64,000 bases of DNA from Malacoraja senta (Eukaryota): contig CM075977.1 of the NCBI GenBank assembly GCA_038087875.1, positions 111,786,001 to 111,850,000 of the forward strand, read 5' to 3'. Shown in pieces: positions 51,402 to 64,000 of this stretch. The notes under the pieces are model-generated. The model was not told the origin of the DNA and did not search any database. It saw only the letters and a program-made list of their open reading frames with translations. The position numbers were made by a program, and so were the translations under genes. The number at the start of each line of letters is the position of its first letter. The stretch's first letter is position 1.

Positions 51402-54400
51402 ATAGACAATAGGTGCAGGAGCAGGCCATTTGGCCCTTCGAGCAGCACCGCCATTCAATGTGATCATGGCTGATCAATCCCAATCAGTACCCCGTTCCTG
51501 CCTTCTCCCCATATCCCCTGACTCCGCTATTTTTAAGAGCCCTATCTAGCTCTCTCTTGAAAGCATCCAGAGAACCTGCCTCCACCGCCCTCTGAGGCGG
51601 AGAATTCCACAGACTCGCCACTCTCTGTGAGAAAAAGTGTTTCCTTGTCTCCGTTCTAAATGGCTTACTCCTTATTCTTAAACTGTGGCCCCTGGTTCTG
51701 GACTCTCCCAACACCGGGAACATGTTTCCTGCCTCTAGCGTGTCCAAGCCCTTAACAATCTTATATGTTTCAATGAGATCCACTCTCATCCTTCTAAACT
51801 CCAGAGTGTACAAGCCCAGCTGCTCCATTCTCTCAGTATAATGACAGTCCCGCCATCCCGGGAATTAACCTTCTAAACCTACGCTGCACTACCTCAACAC
51901 TAAGAATGTCCTTCCTCAAATTAGGGGACGAAAACTGCACACAATACTCCAGCAGTGGTCTCACTAGGGCTCTGTACAACTGCAGAAGGATCTATTTTCT
52001 CCTATATTCGATTCCTCTTGTTATAAAGGCCAACATGCCTTTCGCTTTCTTCACTGCCTGCTGTACCTGCATGCGTACTTTCATAGACTGGTGTACAAGG
52101 ACCTCCAGAACCCGTTGTACTTCCCCATTTCCCAACTTGACGCCATTTAGATAGTAATCTGCCTTCCTGTTTTTGCTACCAAAGTGGATAACCTCACATT
52201 TATCCGCATTAAACTTCATCTGCCATGCATCTGCCCACTCCCCCAACCTGTCCAAGTCACCCTGCATTCTCATAGCATCCTCCTCACAGTTCACACTGCC
52301 ACCCAGCTTTGTGTTATCTGCAAATTTGCTAATGTTACTTTGAATCTCTTCATCCGAATCATTAATGTATATTATAAATAGCTGCGGTCCCAGCACCGAG
52401 CCTTGTGGTACCCCACTAGTCACTGCCTGCCATTCTGAAAGGGGCCCGTCAATCCCTACTCTTTGGTTCCTGTCTGCCAATCACTTCTCTATACACGTCA
52501 ACACTCTACTCCCAATACCATGTGCCCCAATTTTGCCCACTAATCTCCTATGTGGGACCTTATCAAATGTTTTCTGAAAGTTTAGGTGCACTACATCCAC
52601 TGGCTCTCCCTTGTCCATTTTCAAAATATTCCAGAGGATTAGTAAAGCATGATTTCCCCTTTGTAAATCCATGCTGAGTCGGACCGATCCTGTTACTGCT
52701 ATCCAAATGTGCGGCTATCTCATATTTTATAATTGACTCCAGCATCTTCCCCACCACCGATGTCAGGCTAACTGGTCTATAATTCCCCGTTTTCTCTCTT
52801 AAATGTGGGATAACATTAGCTACCCTCCAATCCACAGGAACTGATCCTGAGTCTATAGACCATTGGAAAATTATCACCAATGCATCCAGGATTTGTAGAG
52901 CCACTTCCTTAAGTACCCTGGCATGCAGACCACCAGTCCCTGGGGATTTATCAGCCTTCAGTCCCGTCAGTCCATCCAACACCATTTCCTGCCTTATGTG
53001 GATTTCCTTCAGTTCCTCTGTCGACCCAGATCCTCTGGCCACTACTATATCAGGAAGATTGTTTGTGTCCTCCTTAGTGAAGACAGACCCAAAGTACCTG
53101 TTCAACTCATCTGCCATTTCCTTGTTCCCCATACTAAATTCACCTTTTTCGGTCTTCAAGTGTCCAACTTTGTTCTTAACTATTTTTTTCCTCTTCACAT
53201 ACCTAAAGAAGCTTTTACTATCCTGCTTTATATTCTTGGCTAGCTTACCTACGTACCTCATCTTTTCTCCCCGTATTGTCTTTTTGGTTATCTTCTGTTG
53301 TTCTTCAAACATTCCCCAATCCTCTTGCTTCCCGCTCATCTTTGCTATGTTGTACTTCTTCGCTTTAATTTTTATACTGTTCCTGACGTCCCTTGTCAGC
53401 CATGGTCGTCCCTTTCTCCCCGTGGAATCTTTCTTCCTCCTAGAAATGAACTGATCCTGCACCTTCTGTATTATTCCTAGATACACCTGCCATTTTTGTT
53501 CCACTGTCATCCCTGCTAGTGTATCTTCCCAGTCAACTTTGACCAGCTCCACCCTCATGGCCCCATAGTCCCCTTTATTCAACTGCAACACTGACACCTC
53601 CGGTCTACTATTTCCCTCTCCAATTGTAGAATAAACCTGACCATGTTATGGTCACTGCCTCCTAATAGCTTGTTAACCTCGAGGTCCTTTATCAAATCCG
53701 GTTCATTACATAACACTAAATCCAGAATTGCCTTCTCCCTGGTAGGCTCCAAATACCAGCTGTTCAACGAATCCATCACGAAGGCACTCTACAAAGTCCC
53801 TTTCTTGGGGTCTAGTACCAACCTCATTTTCCCAGTCTACCTGCATGTTGAAATCTCCCATAACAAGCACAGCATTACTTTAACTACATGCCTATTTTAA
53901 CTCCTGATTCAACTTGCACCCTACGTCCAGGCTACTGTTTGGGAGACGGTAGATTAGTCCCATTATGGTATTTTTACCCTTACAATTCCGTAGTTCTATC
54001 CATACTGACTCCAAATCTCCTGTTTCAATGTCACCCTTGCAAGCGACTGAGTTCCATTCCTCACACACAGGACAACCACACCCCTTCTGCCCACCTGTCT
54101 GTCCTTTCGATAGGAGGTATACCCTTGAATATTCAGTTCCCAGCCCTGGCCCTCTTGCAGCCACGTCTCAGTAATTCCCACAACATCATACTTGCCAGTT
54201 TCTAACTGAGCCTCAAGCCCGTCCACTTTATTCCTTATACCTCGCGCATTCATATACAGCACTTTGACCTCCGTATTCACTTCCCCCCTCGCAATTGGCC
54301 CTTACCTTACTCTGTTGTCCATTCTCAAGCTTTCCTTCCCATTAATTCGAGAATCTTTTGTAATTTTTACTGTAGCCACTTCCCCTTCAACTCCACCTTT

Positions 54401-55380
54401 ATACTCCCAATTTGTCAATCCCTCCCCCCCCCCCACTATTTAGTTTAAACCCACACGTGTAGCCCTTGCAAACCTGCCCGCCAGAATGTCGGTCCCCCTC
54501 CAGTTAAGGTGTAATCCGTCCCTTTTGTACAGGTAACCCCTACCCCAGAATAGATCCCAGTGGTCTATAAATCTAAATCCTTGCTCCCTGCACCAGCCCC
54601 TCAGCCACACATTTAGACACTCTATCATCCTAGTCCTGTCCTCACTAGCACAAGGTACTGGAAGCAATCCAGAGATAACCACCCAAGAAGCCCTGCTTTT
54701 CAGTCTTCTTCCTAACTCTCTGCTCACCATGCAGAACCTCTTTCCACTTCTTCCCGATGTCGTTTGTGCCGACGTGCACAGCTACTGCCGGCTGTTCACC
54801 TCCGCCCTCGAGGATGTTCTGAATTCGGTTCGTGATATCTTGAACCCTGGCGCCAGGGAGGCAATAGATCATCCTCGAGTCTCGCCTGCATCCACAGAAT
54901 CTCCTATCCGCAACTCGGACAATGGAGTCACCCACCACCCACCTCAGCCGACGTCGGTCTCGCCGATCGAGTCCCATCTCTAGGATTGGAGCCACCTACG
55001 TGTCCACTGCTCGGACTGGAAGTGTCGTCTCCCCCGACAGTTCCCAAGAGGGCGTACCTGTTTTCATTAGGCACAGCCACCTGGGTCTCATGCACTCCAC
55101 GGTTACCACCCTTTCTCTCGGTCACACACCTTCGTTCTCCCCGTATCCTCTACGTAACCACCTCACTGTAGGTCCTGTCCAGGAAACTCTCGTTTTCCCG
55201 GATTGTCCTGAGGTTATCCAGCTGCTTCTCCAGTGCCCCAACACGGTCCTTTAGGAGCTGAAGCTGGACGCACTTGCCACAGTTGTGGCAGCCAGATGCT
55301 CCATCCGTGTCCCTGGGCTCCCACATTCTGCAAGCCTCACACTGTCTCATCTGCCCCGACATGTGTTCACCGTACCGAAA
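51402..55380 (-). mobile_element. Near full-length CR1 LINE (ORF1 zinc finger + SGNH esterase; ORF2 APE endonuclease + RT), degenerate
   Basis: CEAC..CGKC; VVGDSIVR and VHVGTND..DGLHLN (esterase); YMNARG, GITETW and SDHNM (APE); PQGSVLGP and FADN (RT). Confidence 0.93.
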
Positions 55381-55521
55381 TCTTTCAATAAGCTCCAAGA
55401 CACCGCCCTGTGCAAATAGCGGTGTTCGCCATCTGATTCATGGAGCAGCCGGTTGGAGCTGTCCCGGTATCGTGTCCCCGCGACACAAAATCACCCCCCA
55501 CTCTACTCCGGTGGCAGAACG

Positions 55522-55564
55522 ATGGGGATCGTTTTGGCTTATACCCTGTGTCTCTGCTAATGCC
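55522..55564 (+). pseudogene. Probable leader exon of the NAR-type V
   Basis: ATG MGIVLAYTLCLC*C plus 1 nt, then CTGAGT (GTGAGT with G>C). 144-nt intron to a phase-compatible acceptor at 55707-08. Confidence 0.5.
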
Positions 55565-55708
55565 CTGAGTACAACTCACACACTTCCACACTGTTGCGGT
55601 TTAGTGTACATTTGTCCGAGGCTATTTTTGAAATGAAATTGTATCGCTATCCGAGTTGAGTTATTAGCCTCTGATGCCCATACATCTCTCCTGGTGTATA
55701 ATCGCCAG

Positions 55709-56015
55709 GCTCCTTCAGGCATTCGGTGACCCAGAGTCCGACTGGGGTGACCGGGAAGAGCGTCACTCCTTTACGATCTCCTGCCGTTTTGGGATTTGTT
55801 CGCTAAGTTCAAACCGTTTTAACTCTGGACCCGTGTTCTAACATACCCAGCCCGTGGAAGAGCTGCAGCGGGTCATCGTAGGGGGACCATGTGTCGTGTC
55901 GACCTGTAAAGCGGACATGGCCATTACGCTGGAAATTCGGGACATGAGAGTTGGTGACAGCGCCAACTATCAATGTCAAGCTGCAGATAGCTGGATCGCA
56001 TGGGGTTTGAATATG
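55709..56015 (+). pseudogene. NAR-TCR V-like: NAR-TCR / IgNAR-type V exon pseudogene with a long 3' extension (candidate joined D)
   Basis: SVTQSPTGVT/EERHSFTISCRFGICSLSSNRFNSGPVF*HTQPVEELQRVIVGGPCVVSTCKADMAITLEIRDMRVGDSANYQCQAADSWIAWGLNM. Cys at 55782 and 55974, CDR1 Cys, short CDR2-less FR2 with xGG motif. One frameshift and one stop (55839). Confidence 0.8.
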
Positions 56016-58419
56016 CACATTGGAATGGGGCAGTGCTGGACCTCCTGTTAGGAAATGAGACAGGGCAGGTGGCGGAGGTAAGCGTTGGGGAGCTCTTCGG
56101 GTCCAGTGATCACAATACCATTCGTTTCAATATAATTATGGAGAGGGTCAGAACTGGACCTATGGTTGAGATTTTTGATTGGAGAAAGGCTAACTTTGAG
56201 GAGATGCGAAAGGATTTAAAAGGAGTGAATTGGGACATGTTGTTTTATGGGAAGGATGTAGAGGAGAAATGGAGGACATTTAAAGGTGACATTTTAAGAG
56301 TACAGAATCTTTATGTCCCTGTTCGGTTGAAATGAAATAGTAAAAATTGGAAAGAGCCATGGTTTTTAAGGGAAATTGGACACTTGGTTCGGAAAAAGAG
56401 AGATCTACAATAATTATAGGCAGCATGGAGTAAATGAGATGCTTGAGGAGTATAAAGAATGTAAAAAGAATATTAAGAAAGAAATTAGAAAAGCTTAAAG
56501 AAGATATGAGGTTGCTTTGGCAAATAAGGTGAAAGTAAATCCAAAGGGTTTCTACAGCTATATTAATAGCAAAAGGATAACAATAAGTAAAATTGGTCCA
56601 TTAGAGAGTCAGAGTGGACAGCTATCTGCAGAGCCAAAAGAGATGGGGGATATACTGAACAATTTCTTTTCTTCTGTATTCACCAAGGAGAAGGATAGGG
56701 AATTATGTGAGGTAAGGGAAACAAGCAGAGTAGCAATGGAAACTATGAGATTCAAAGAAGAGGAGGTGCGGACACTTTTGAAAAATATGAAAACGGATAA
56801 GTCTCCAGGTCCTGACAGGATATTCCCGAGGGCATTGAGGGAAGTTAGTGTAGAAATAGCAGGGGCTATGACAGAAATATTTCAAATGTCATAAGAAACG
56901 GGAATAGTGTCGGAGGATTGGCGTACTGCGCATGTTGTTCCGTTATTTTAAAAGGGTTCTAAGAGTAAACCTAGCAATTATAGATCTGTTAGTTTGATGT
57001 CAGTGGTGGGCAAATTAATGGAAAGGATACTTAAAGATAATATATACAAGCATCTGGATAAGCAGGGTCTGATTAGGAACAGTCAACATGGATTTGTGCC
57101 TGGAAGGTCATGTTTGACTAATCTTCTAGAATTTTTCGAAGAGGTTACTAGGGAAATTGATGAGTGTAAAGCAGTGGATGTTGTCTATATGGACTTCAGT
57201 AAGGCCTTTGACAAGCTTCCTCATGGAAGGTCGGTTAAGAAGATTAAATTGTTGGGTATTAATGGTGGAGTAGGAAGATGGATTCTATAGTGGTTGAATG
57301 GGAGATGCCAGAGAGTAATGGTGGATGGCTGTTTGTCAGGTTGGAGGCCGGTGACTAGTGGGGTGCCTCGGGGGTCTGTGTTGGGTCCACTGTTGTTTGT
57401 CATGTACATCAATGAACTGGATGATGGTGTGGAAAATTGGATTACTAAGTATGCAGATGGTACTAAGATAGGTGGTGTGGTGGATAATGAAGTAGATTTT
57501 CAAAGTCTACAGAGAGATTTAGGCCATTTGGAAGAGTGGGCTGAAAGATGGCAGATGGAGTTTAATGCTGATAAATGTGAGGTACTACATCTCGGCAGGA
57601 CAAATCAAAATAGGACGTACATGGTAAATGGTAGAGAATTGAGGAATGCAGTTGAACAGAGGGATCTAGGAATAACTGTGCATAGTTCCCTGAAGGTGGA
57701 ATCTCATGTAGATAGGGTGGTAAAGAAAGCGTTTGGTGTGCTGGCCTTTATAAATCACAGCATGAATATAGAAGTTGGGATATAATGTTAAAATTATACA
57801 AGGCATTGGTGAGGCCAATTCTGGAGTATGGAGTACAATTTTGGTCGCCTAATTATAGGAAGGATGTCAACAAAATAGAGAGAGTACAGAGGAGATTTAC
57901 TAGAATGTTGCCTGGGTTTCAGCAACTAAGTTACAGAGAAAAGTTGAACAAGTTAGGTCTTTATTCTTTGGAGCACTGAAGGTTAAGAGGGGACTTGATA
58001 GAGGTCTTTACAATTATGAGCGGGTTAGACAGAGTTAACGTGGATAAGCTTTTTCCATTGAGAGTAGGGAAGATTCAAACAAGGGGACATGACTTGAGAA
58101 TTAAGGGACAGAAGTTTAGGGGTAACATTAGGGGGGACTTCTTTACTCAGAGAGTGGTAGCTTTGTGGAATGAGTTTCCAGTGGAAGTGGTGGAGGCTGG
58201 TTCGATTTTATCCTTTAAAAAGAGATTGGATGGGTATATGGATGGGAAAGGAATGGAGGGTTATGGTCTGAGTGCAAGTAGATGGGACTAGGGGGTAGTA
58301 TTTATATATATTTTTTAAATTAAAAATTAAAAAATCAAAGGTTCGGCACAGACTTGAAGGGCCCAGATGGCCTATTTCCGTACTGTAATGGTTATATGGA
58401 ATGGAAGGGCGCATATAAC
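56016..58419 (+). other. 12-spacer RSS split by CR1 insertion
   Basis: Removing the CR1 and one copy of the duplicated TGGAATGG (56021-28 / 58397-404) gives CACATTG + GAATGGAAGGGC (12 nt) + GCATATAAC. Confidence 0.65.
56029..58396 (+). mobile_element. 5'-truncated CR1 LINE
   Basis: Consecutive ORF2 fragments (LDLLLGNE..SDHN, KSPGPD, QHGF, PRGSVLGP, YADG) and a GGTTATATGG tail. Flanked by the TGGAATGG duplication. Confidence 0.93.
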
Positions 58420-58733
58420 GTGCTAGCTTTAAGCGCTATATGATCGGGATCCCGTTTGTATTAGTTTTAGTAACCTTGCAATCAAGTTAAATTTCATTGT
58501 AATTTTCACTTTCTAAGTTATTTAACTTTGCCGTTTGGTTCCGACGTTCCTGATAACGTCGGCATCGACGTTAACCTTATCTAAACCATTTTATTCTGAG
58601 AGCTCCGTTAGTCAATGGGAACAAAATCATCCACTAGGTGTTTGGGGAACACGGAATATTACTTGTTCTTCTGAAGCATTGGAATAATTGGGCGGGGTTT
58701 CCTGTTGCTTTCTGGGCAAAATGGGGTGAGGAC

Positions 58734-58830
58734 TTTTATTTTACCGGGAAGACTGAGGGCTGGATCACTGTGTATGACTGCCGTGCATACTATAAAAACG
58801 GAGCCGGGACAAGCTTGACTTTCACGGCCG
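58734..58830 (+). pseudogene. NAR-TCR J-like: J segment (58773-58830) with 23-spacer RSS; splice donor mutated
   Basis: T-rich nonamer TTTTATTTT, 23 nt, perfect CACTGTG (58766-72), then YDCRAYYKNGAGTSLTFTA (GxGTxLT J motif). The phase-1 donor reads GAAAGC (GTAAGC with T>A). Confidence 0.82.
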
Positions 58831-59649
58831 GAAAGCACCCTAAAAGCGCTCTTTATATTCCTTGCCCAGGAATAATCAGTGTAGTCTAAAATTGGGATCG
58901 TGTGACATCAATGTCCTTCTAAGTGAAGCAACCCCAATTTCTAAATTCATCTTGCAAAATGGCCCATGGCTATGTTCGCGGAGGGCGACAGGTCTGGTGT
59001 GAGACCCGAGAGAGCAGACTGGTGCACTTCTGAAGCAGAAGGATTGTGGATTTTCAGGACAATAAATGACAGACATGTCAGCCATGCACGCACACCAGTA
59101 AAAGGAAAAAAATAAACGGAGCACCAGAGCGTTGGGCTGCACACTGATGTTCGTCCCAAGTGTTAATTAGCAGAAAATGATGGGGTTATACGAGTTCCCC
59201 AGCTGGGGTTGTTTGGGGAACGGGTAAGACATACCGATTCTGAACGTTCTCAAATCCAAGAGATAGCTGATGTGAGGGGTGTCCAATGGGGAACGGCTTT
59301 AGGATGGGTCCACGTGCTCTATGAGTGTGAGAATACTGGATGCAATCTCTTTATTGTTTACAATCCACCGAGCAAAGTTGATAGGGTAGACGCTGAGCTG
59401 TGAGTAAGTCGGAAACCCCCGCGAAAACAGCATAGACTCAAAGCAACTGACAACTGAATGCGGGAATGATTTTCAGGAGGAGAAAATATGAATCGTAGCG
59501 AGCGAGTGGCCAGAGAGGAAGTAAAATGGGATCTGGGGGACCTTGTTCTTGTCAATGAAAGTAAGCATGCAGGTACAGCAGGCAGTGAAGAAAGCTAATG
59601 ACATGTTGGCCTTCATAACAAGAGGAGTTGAGTACAATGCTTAAATACT

Positions 59650-60788
59650 TCAACAATAAGAACAAACGTGTCTTGACATTTGTAGCAAACATAATCTCTT
59701 TTGTGTTAGGTGCTACTAATGTGCCACGATGGAAATATGTTAACACAAATGAAAATCCTGCGGATGAAGATTCGAGAGGACAACAGAAGACCGCTTCTTA
59801 ATCAACAAGCGATGGCTCAATGGACCGGAATTTCTCTGTAAGTCAGACAGAATATGGCCAAAGCTTGAGCTGGGATTTGAAATCACTGCTAATTATGCGG
59901 ATATTAAACAAAACATCACAGTGAACTTCATTGCTAAAAATCGCATTATTCTCTCGAAGGATTTTCACATTTCAATATCATTGTTAAGATATATTCATGA
60001 ATTGATCGGACATGGAGGAAGACGTTTCATGCCGTCAAAACGTTGGACCTTTGTGTTTTGGGCTATATACTGGGTATCATGCCTGATGTTAAGGGTTTGC
60101 AACGTACAATACGACTTCAGACTAAGAATAATGTTTTAATAAGACTAATAACCAAGTTATGCTTGCTTCTGGAACGCGAAGGTGAAGATAGAAAAATCGC
60201 TAAAGAAGTCTGAATGCTGATATGTAATGCATGATATTTTTTGTTTTTTGAAATATATTTGTGTTTTATAGCTACCTTTTAAATATATTTTAGTAATTGC
60301 CTCGTTATATACTCAGAACAATTGGGGGCCGGTATGTAGTAACCATTTAGCTTAACTTGGTATTTTATAACTATAAACAGTTACCTTTAACCTTTATCTG
60401 CCTGTGTGGGTGGGATTTTTACGCGGTTGGAGGCGTGTTTGCGGCTGGGATTCTCGCACAGACGTTATAGTAATTAGTTTAGTTTAGTTTTAGGAAGCAT
60501 GGGGGAGCGGTCAGAGCTTTCGACCATGCACGAGTTCCACCATGCACGAATTTGATTAAGAGTAAGAACAAAATGTACTTAAACAAGAAGAAGTTTGGAT
60601 GAATATCTTACTGTTTTACTACTGCAATAAAGATACTTTTAATTAAGAGGCTGTGTTTGGGAGATTTAGATTTCGACGGCATTAAATGTCTCGTGGAGAG
60701 CTCATAAATGCGTTTCGATTATCCCCTGTCTTCAATCATAGTGACTAGTGGAAATATTCCTTGAACGATATGAAAATCTGTCACTACA
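59650..60788 (+). mobile_element. BEL/Pao 3' fragment with LTR (60335-60788)
   Basis: Reverse-complement homology to 21503-22600. Purine-rich GGGGGCCGGTA precedes TGTAGT..ACTACA. Confidence 0.8.
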
Positions 60789-61120
60789 AGGTGGACAAAA
60801 AGGTTTTTGGCAATTTAGCCTTTCATCAATCTTAGTATTGAATATAGAAGTTGGGAGGTCATGTTGCAGTTGTATAAGACGTTGGTGAGACCGCATTTAG
60901 AATATGTTGTTAAGTTCTCGGCATCATGTTATAGGAAATGTTTTGTCAAATTTGAAAGGGATCAGAAAAGATTTACGATGATGTTGCCAGAACTAGAGGG
61001 TGTGCACTATAGGGGGGAGGTTGAGTAGGCTGTGTCTCTATTCCATGGAGAGAAGGAGGATGAATGGTGATCAAAAAGAGGTGCATAAAATCATTAGAGG
61101 AAGCTACACAGAGACCCGTT

Positions 61121-62316
61121 CATAGAAACATAGAAACATAGAAAATATGTACAGGAATAGGCCATTCGGCACTTCGAGCCTGCACCGCCATTCAATATGA
61201 TCATGGCTGATCATCCAACTCAGTATCCTGTACCTGCCTTCTCTCCATACCCCCTGATCCCTTTAGCCACAAGGGTCACATCTAACTAACTCTTAAATAT
61301 AGCCATTGAACTGGCCTCAACTACCTTCTGTGGCAGAGAATTCCAGTGATTCACCACAGTCTGTGTGAAAAATGTTTTTCTCATCTCGGTCCTAAAACAT
61401 TTCCCCTTTATCCTTAAACTGTGACGCCTTGTCCTGGACTTCCCCAACATCGGGAACAATCTTCCTGCATCCAGCCTGTCCAACCCCTTAAGAATTGTGT
61501 AAGTTTCTATAATATCCCCCCTCAATCTTCTAAATTCTAGCGAGTACAAGCCGAGCCTATCCAGTCTTTCTTTATATAAAAGTCCTGACATCCCAGGAAT
61601 CAGTCTGGTGAACCTTCTCTGTACTCCCTCTATGGCAAGAATGTCGTTCCTCAGATTTGGAGACCAAAACTGTACGCAATACTCCAGGTGTGGTCTCACC
61701 AAGACCCTGTACAACTGCAGTAGAACCTCCCTGCTCCTATACTCAAATCCTTTTGCTATGAATGCTAACATACCATTCGCATTCTTCACTGCCTGCTGCA
61801 CCTGCATGCCTACTTTCAATGACTGGTGTACCATGACACCCAGGTCTCGCTGCATCACCCCTTTTCCTAATCGGCCACCATTCAGATAATAGTTTACTTT
61901 CCTGTTTTTGCCACCAAAGTGGATAACCTCACATTTATCCACATTATACTGCATCTTCCATGCATTTACCCACGCACCCAGCCTATCCAAGTCACAATGC
62001 AGCCTCCTAGCATCCTCCTCACAGCTAACACTGCCCCCCAGCTTCGTGTCATCCGCAAACTTGCAGTTGTTGCATTCAATTCCCTCGTCCAATTCATTAA
62101 TATATATTGTAAATAGCTGGGGTCCCAGCACTAAGCCTTGCGTTACCCCACTAGTCACTGCCTGCCATTCTGAAAAATACCCGTTTACTCCTACTCTTTG
62201 TTTCCTGTTTGCCAGCCAGTACTCTATCCTCATCAATACTGAACCCCCAATAACGTGTGCTTTAAGTTTGTATACTAATCTCTTATGTGGGGATTGTCGA
62301 AAGCCTCCTGAAAGTC
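61121..62316 (-). mobile_element. 5'-truncated CR1 LINE
   Basis: 316-aa ORF 61286-62236 with QGLVLGP and FADD; (CATAGAAA)n tail. Nested in an older CR1 fragment. Confidence 0.93.
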
Positions 62317-63025
62317 TTTCTAGAGTAGTTGCATCGGGGACCGGAGGACATAGGATTGCCCCTGATCTTTCCTCCTGAATAATTTAAATAAGTCCTCTCA
62401 AAAATAACTTTCTACTTTCTTTTTCATCAGTGCCGAGTAGAAACACCTGGAACGAAATTGAAAATGGGTAAAGGGATTAGGCCAGTGTATGGTAACTGTG
62501 GTTCAAGGTCTCCAAATAAAATAAACATAGACACAAAAAGCTGAAAATGGTCTCGACCCGAAATGCCACCCATTCGTTCTCTCCGGAGATGCTGCCTGTC
62601 CCGCTGAGTTATTTCAGATTTTTGTATCTACCTTCGGTTTAATACAGCATCTGCAATTCCTTCATACACACTCTACATAAATGATTTCATCGTCTCGTGC
62701 GTTGTTGACTGATATTTTTGTCCGTCCTTTCGACAGCTGCAACCTCGTGGAACATATTTAAATTTAGAAATATTATTAGCAAACCTACTTTACAGTTCGT
62801 TTGTTCCGTACGTGCTGATTTGGTGCATGTGCAATGAACGACTACCCTCGTGATTGATGTCGTATAACGTCACAGTGGAGCAAAATCCGTAATGAATGTC
62901 CACAGGGACGTAATCTCAATAAATCGTTAATCTTTTCCTTGGCTTATAAATGTTCAGTGGTTTAACCTCCCAATATAGCATCTGTAAGCTTTGTACTGGA
63001 TTTCAGAGTTCGTTGTTAAGGAGAA

Positions 63026-63095
63026 ATGGGTCGCCTGCAACACTTGTCGGTTGAATATTATTATTACCCAATTCTGGCAACAATTGGTGTGCCCG
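63026..63095 (+). CDS. GPR139-like: Exon 1 of a third GPR139-like GPCR (exon 2 lies beyond the window)
   Basis: MGRLQHLSVEYYYYPILATIGVP with a phase-1 GTAGGT donor. The intron is co-linear with 40043-40920 up to the window end. Confidence 0.88.
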
Positions 63096-64000
63096 GTAGG
63101 TCACTTGACAGTTGAAAGTTGGATGGACTTGACGACATTTGATTGGGAAACGGCAATGATGACAATAAAGTGTAAATAGTGTGACAAAATGTGCTAAATG
63201 CTAGGTTGCGCCATGGAACAGGGTTTGGGGAATAACCCACAAGTTATTGTATGCTTTAAATATATTTCATCGATTGCCGTTTACTGGGACTGGTATATAA
63301 TTGTTCTTGCATTATTGTTAAGAGTCAAGTCAAGAGTCCAGAGTGTATAATTGTCATATGTCCCGGAAGGGACAATGAAATTCTTACTTGCTGCAGCTCA
63401 ACAGAATATGTGAATATGTAATAATTCTATATAATGGTGAAAAAAGAAAAAGTTCAATGAATAACAAATATAGTGCAAATAGCACATAATAATATAGTAT
63501 TTTGCAGTTCAGAGCTCTTAGATGATTCGTTGTGTTTAATAGCCTGATGGCTGTGGGGAAGTAGCTGTTCCTGAACCTGGGCGTTAGAGTCTCCAAGCTC
63601 GTGTACCTTGTCCTTGATGGCAGTGGTGAGATAAGTGTGTGGCCAGGATGGTGTGGGGCCTTGATGAGTTTGGCTGCAGTGAAGTAACAGCCAAGTAAGT
63701 TGAGCGACAAAGGCTGCATCTTGTTTTACCTCGGGCGATTGCATTTCCCGCATGTATTTTTGTCTCCATCTGGTTTCCCATTTTATGGCTTTAAAGTTCG
63801 TTAATTTTAACTGTGAGATGACCGCATCGCGTGCAGGTAATCTCTATTATACACCGCCCCTGCAAACGTTGCAAACCCGGTAAGCAAATGCCGATCCGAA
63901 AGGTGCGCCACATTAACACTGATTTTAGTCTTGTTGTTCATACTACACTTCCGTTTAAACAGTTTCTCAGTTGATTAATTCACTGTTAGGTGGAATGTTT

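Noticed and set aside
58632-58656. CACTAGG..GGGGAA..CACGGAA as a separate D segment
   Set aside because: Heptamers are poor and there are no nonamers at the correct spacing.

Overview
Repeat-rich vertebrate genomic DNA. The repeat families and the NAR-type V gene point to a cartilaginous fish, probably a skate or ray. The window looks like a decaying, segmentally duplicated part of a T-cell-receptor alpha/delta-type V region, interleaved with a family of two-exon GPR139-like class A GPCR genes. There are three GPCR copies: a pseudogene split by a Gypsy element (12400-18875), an apparently intact 322-aa gene (39973-41980), and exon 1 of a third (63026-63095). Antigen-receptor relics comprise two paralogous TCR-delta/alpha V pseudogenes with 23-type RSS (966-1221, 47046-47341), an inverted L+V pseudogene (6428-6820, minus) and a NAR-TCR-like L-V(D)-J mini-cluster (55522-58830). 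In that cluster the V runs 13 codons past its second Cys into a 12-spacer RSS, now split by a CR1 LINE, and the J carries a 23-spacer RSS. This pattern suggests a germline-joined VD. The rest is transposable elements: two full-length Gypsy LTR retrotransposons with TSDs, BEL/Pao remnants, a solo LTR, CR1, Rex-Babar and Penelope fragments, SINEs, a TIR DNA transposon and a probable Helitron. There are also hammerhead-like Penelope termini, a tRNA-Glu pseudogene and two assembly gaps. All calls come from reading the sequence; no searches were run.
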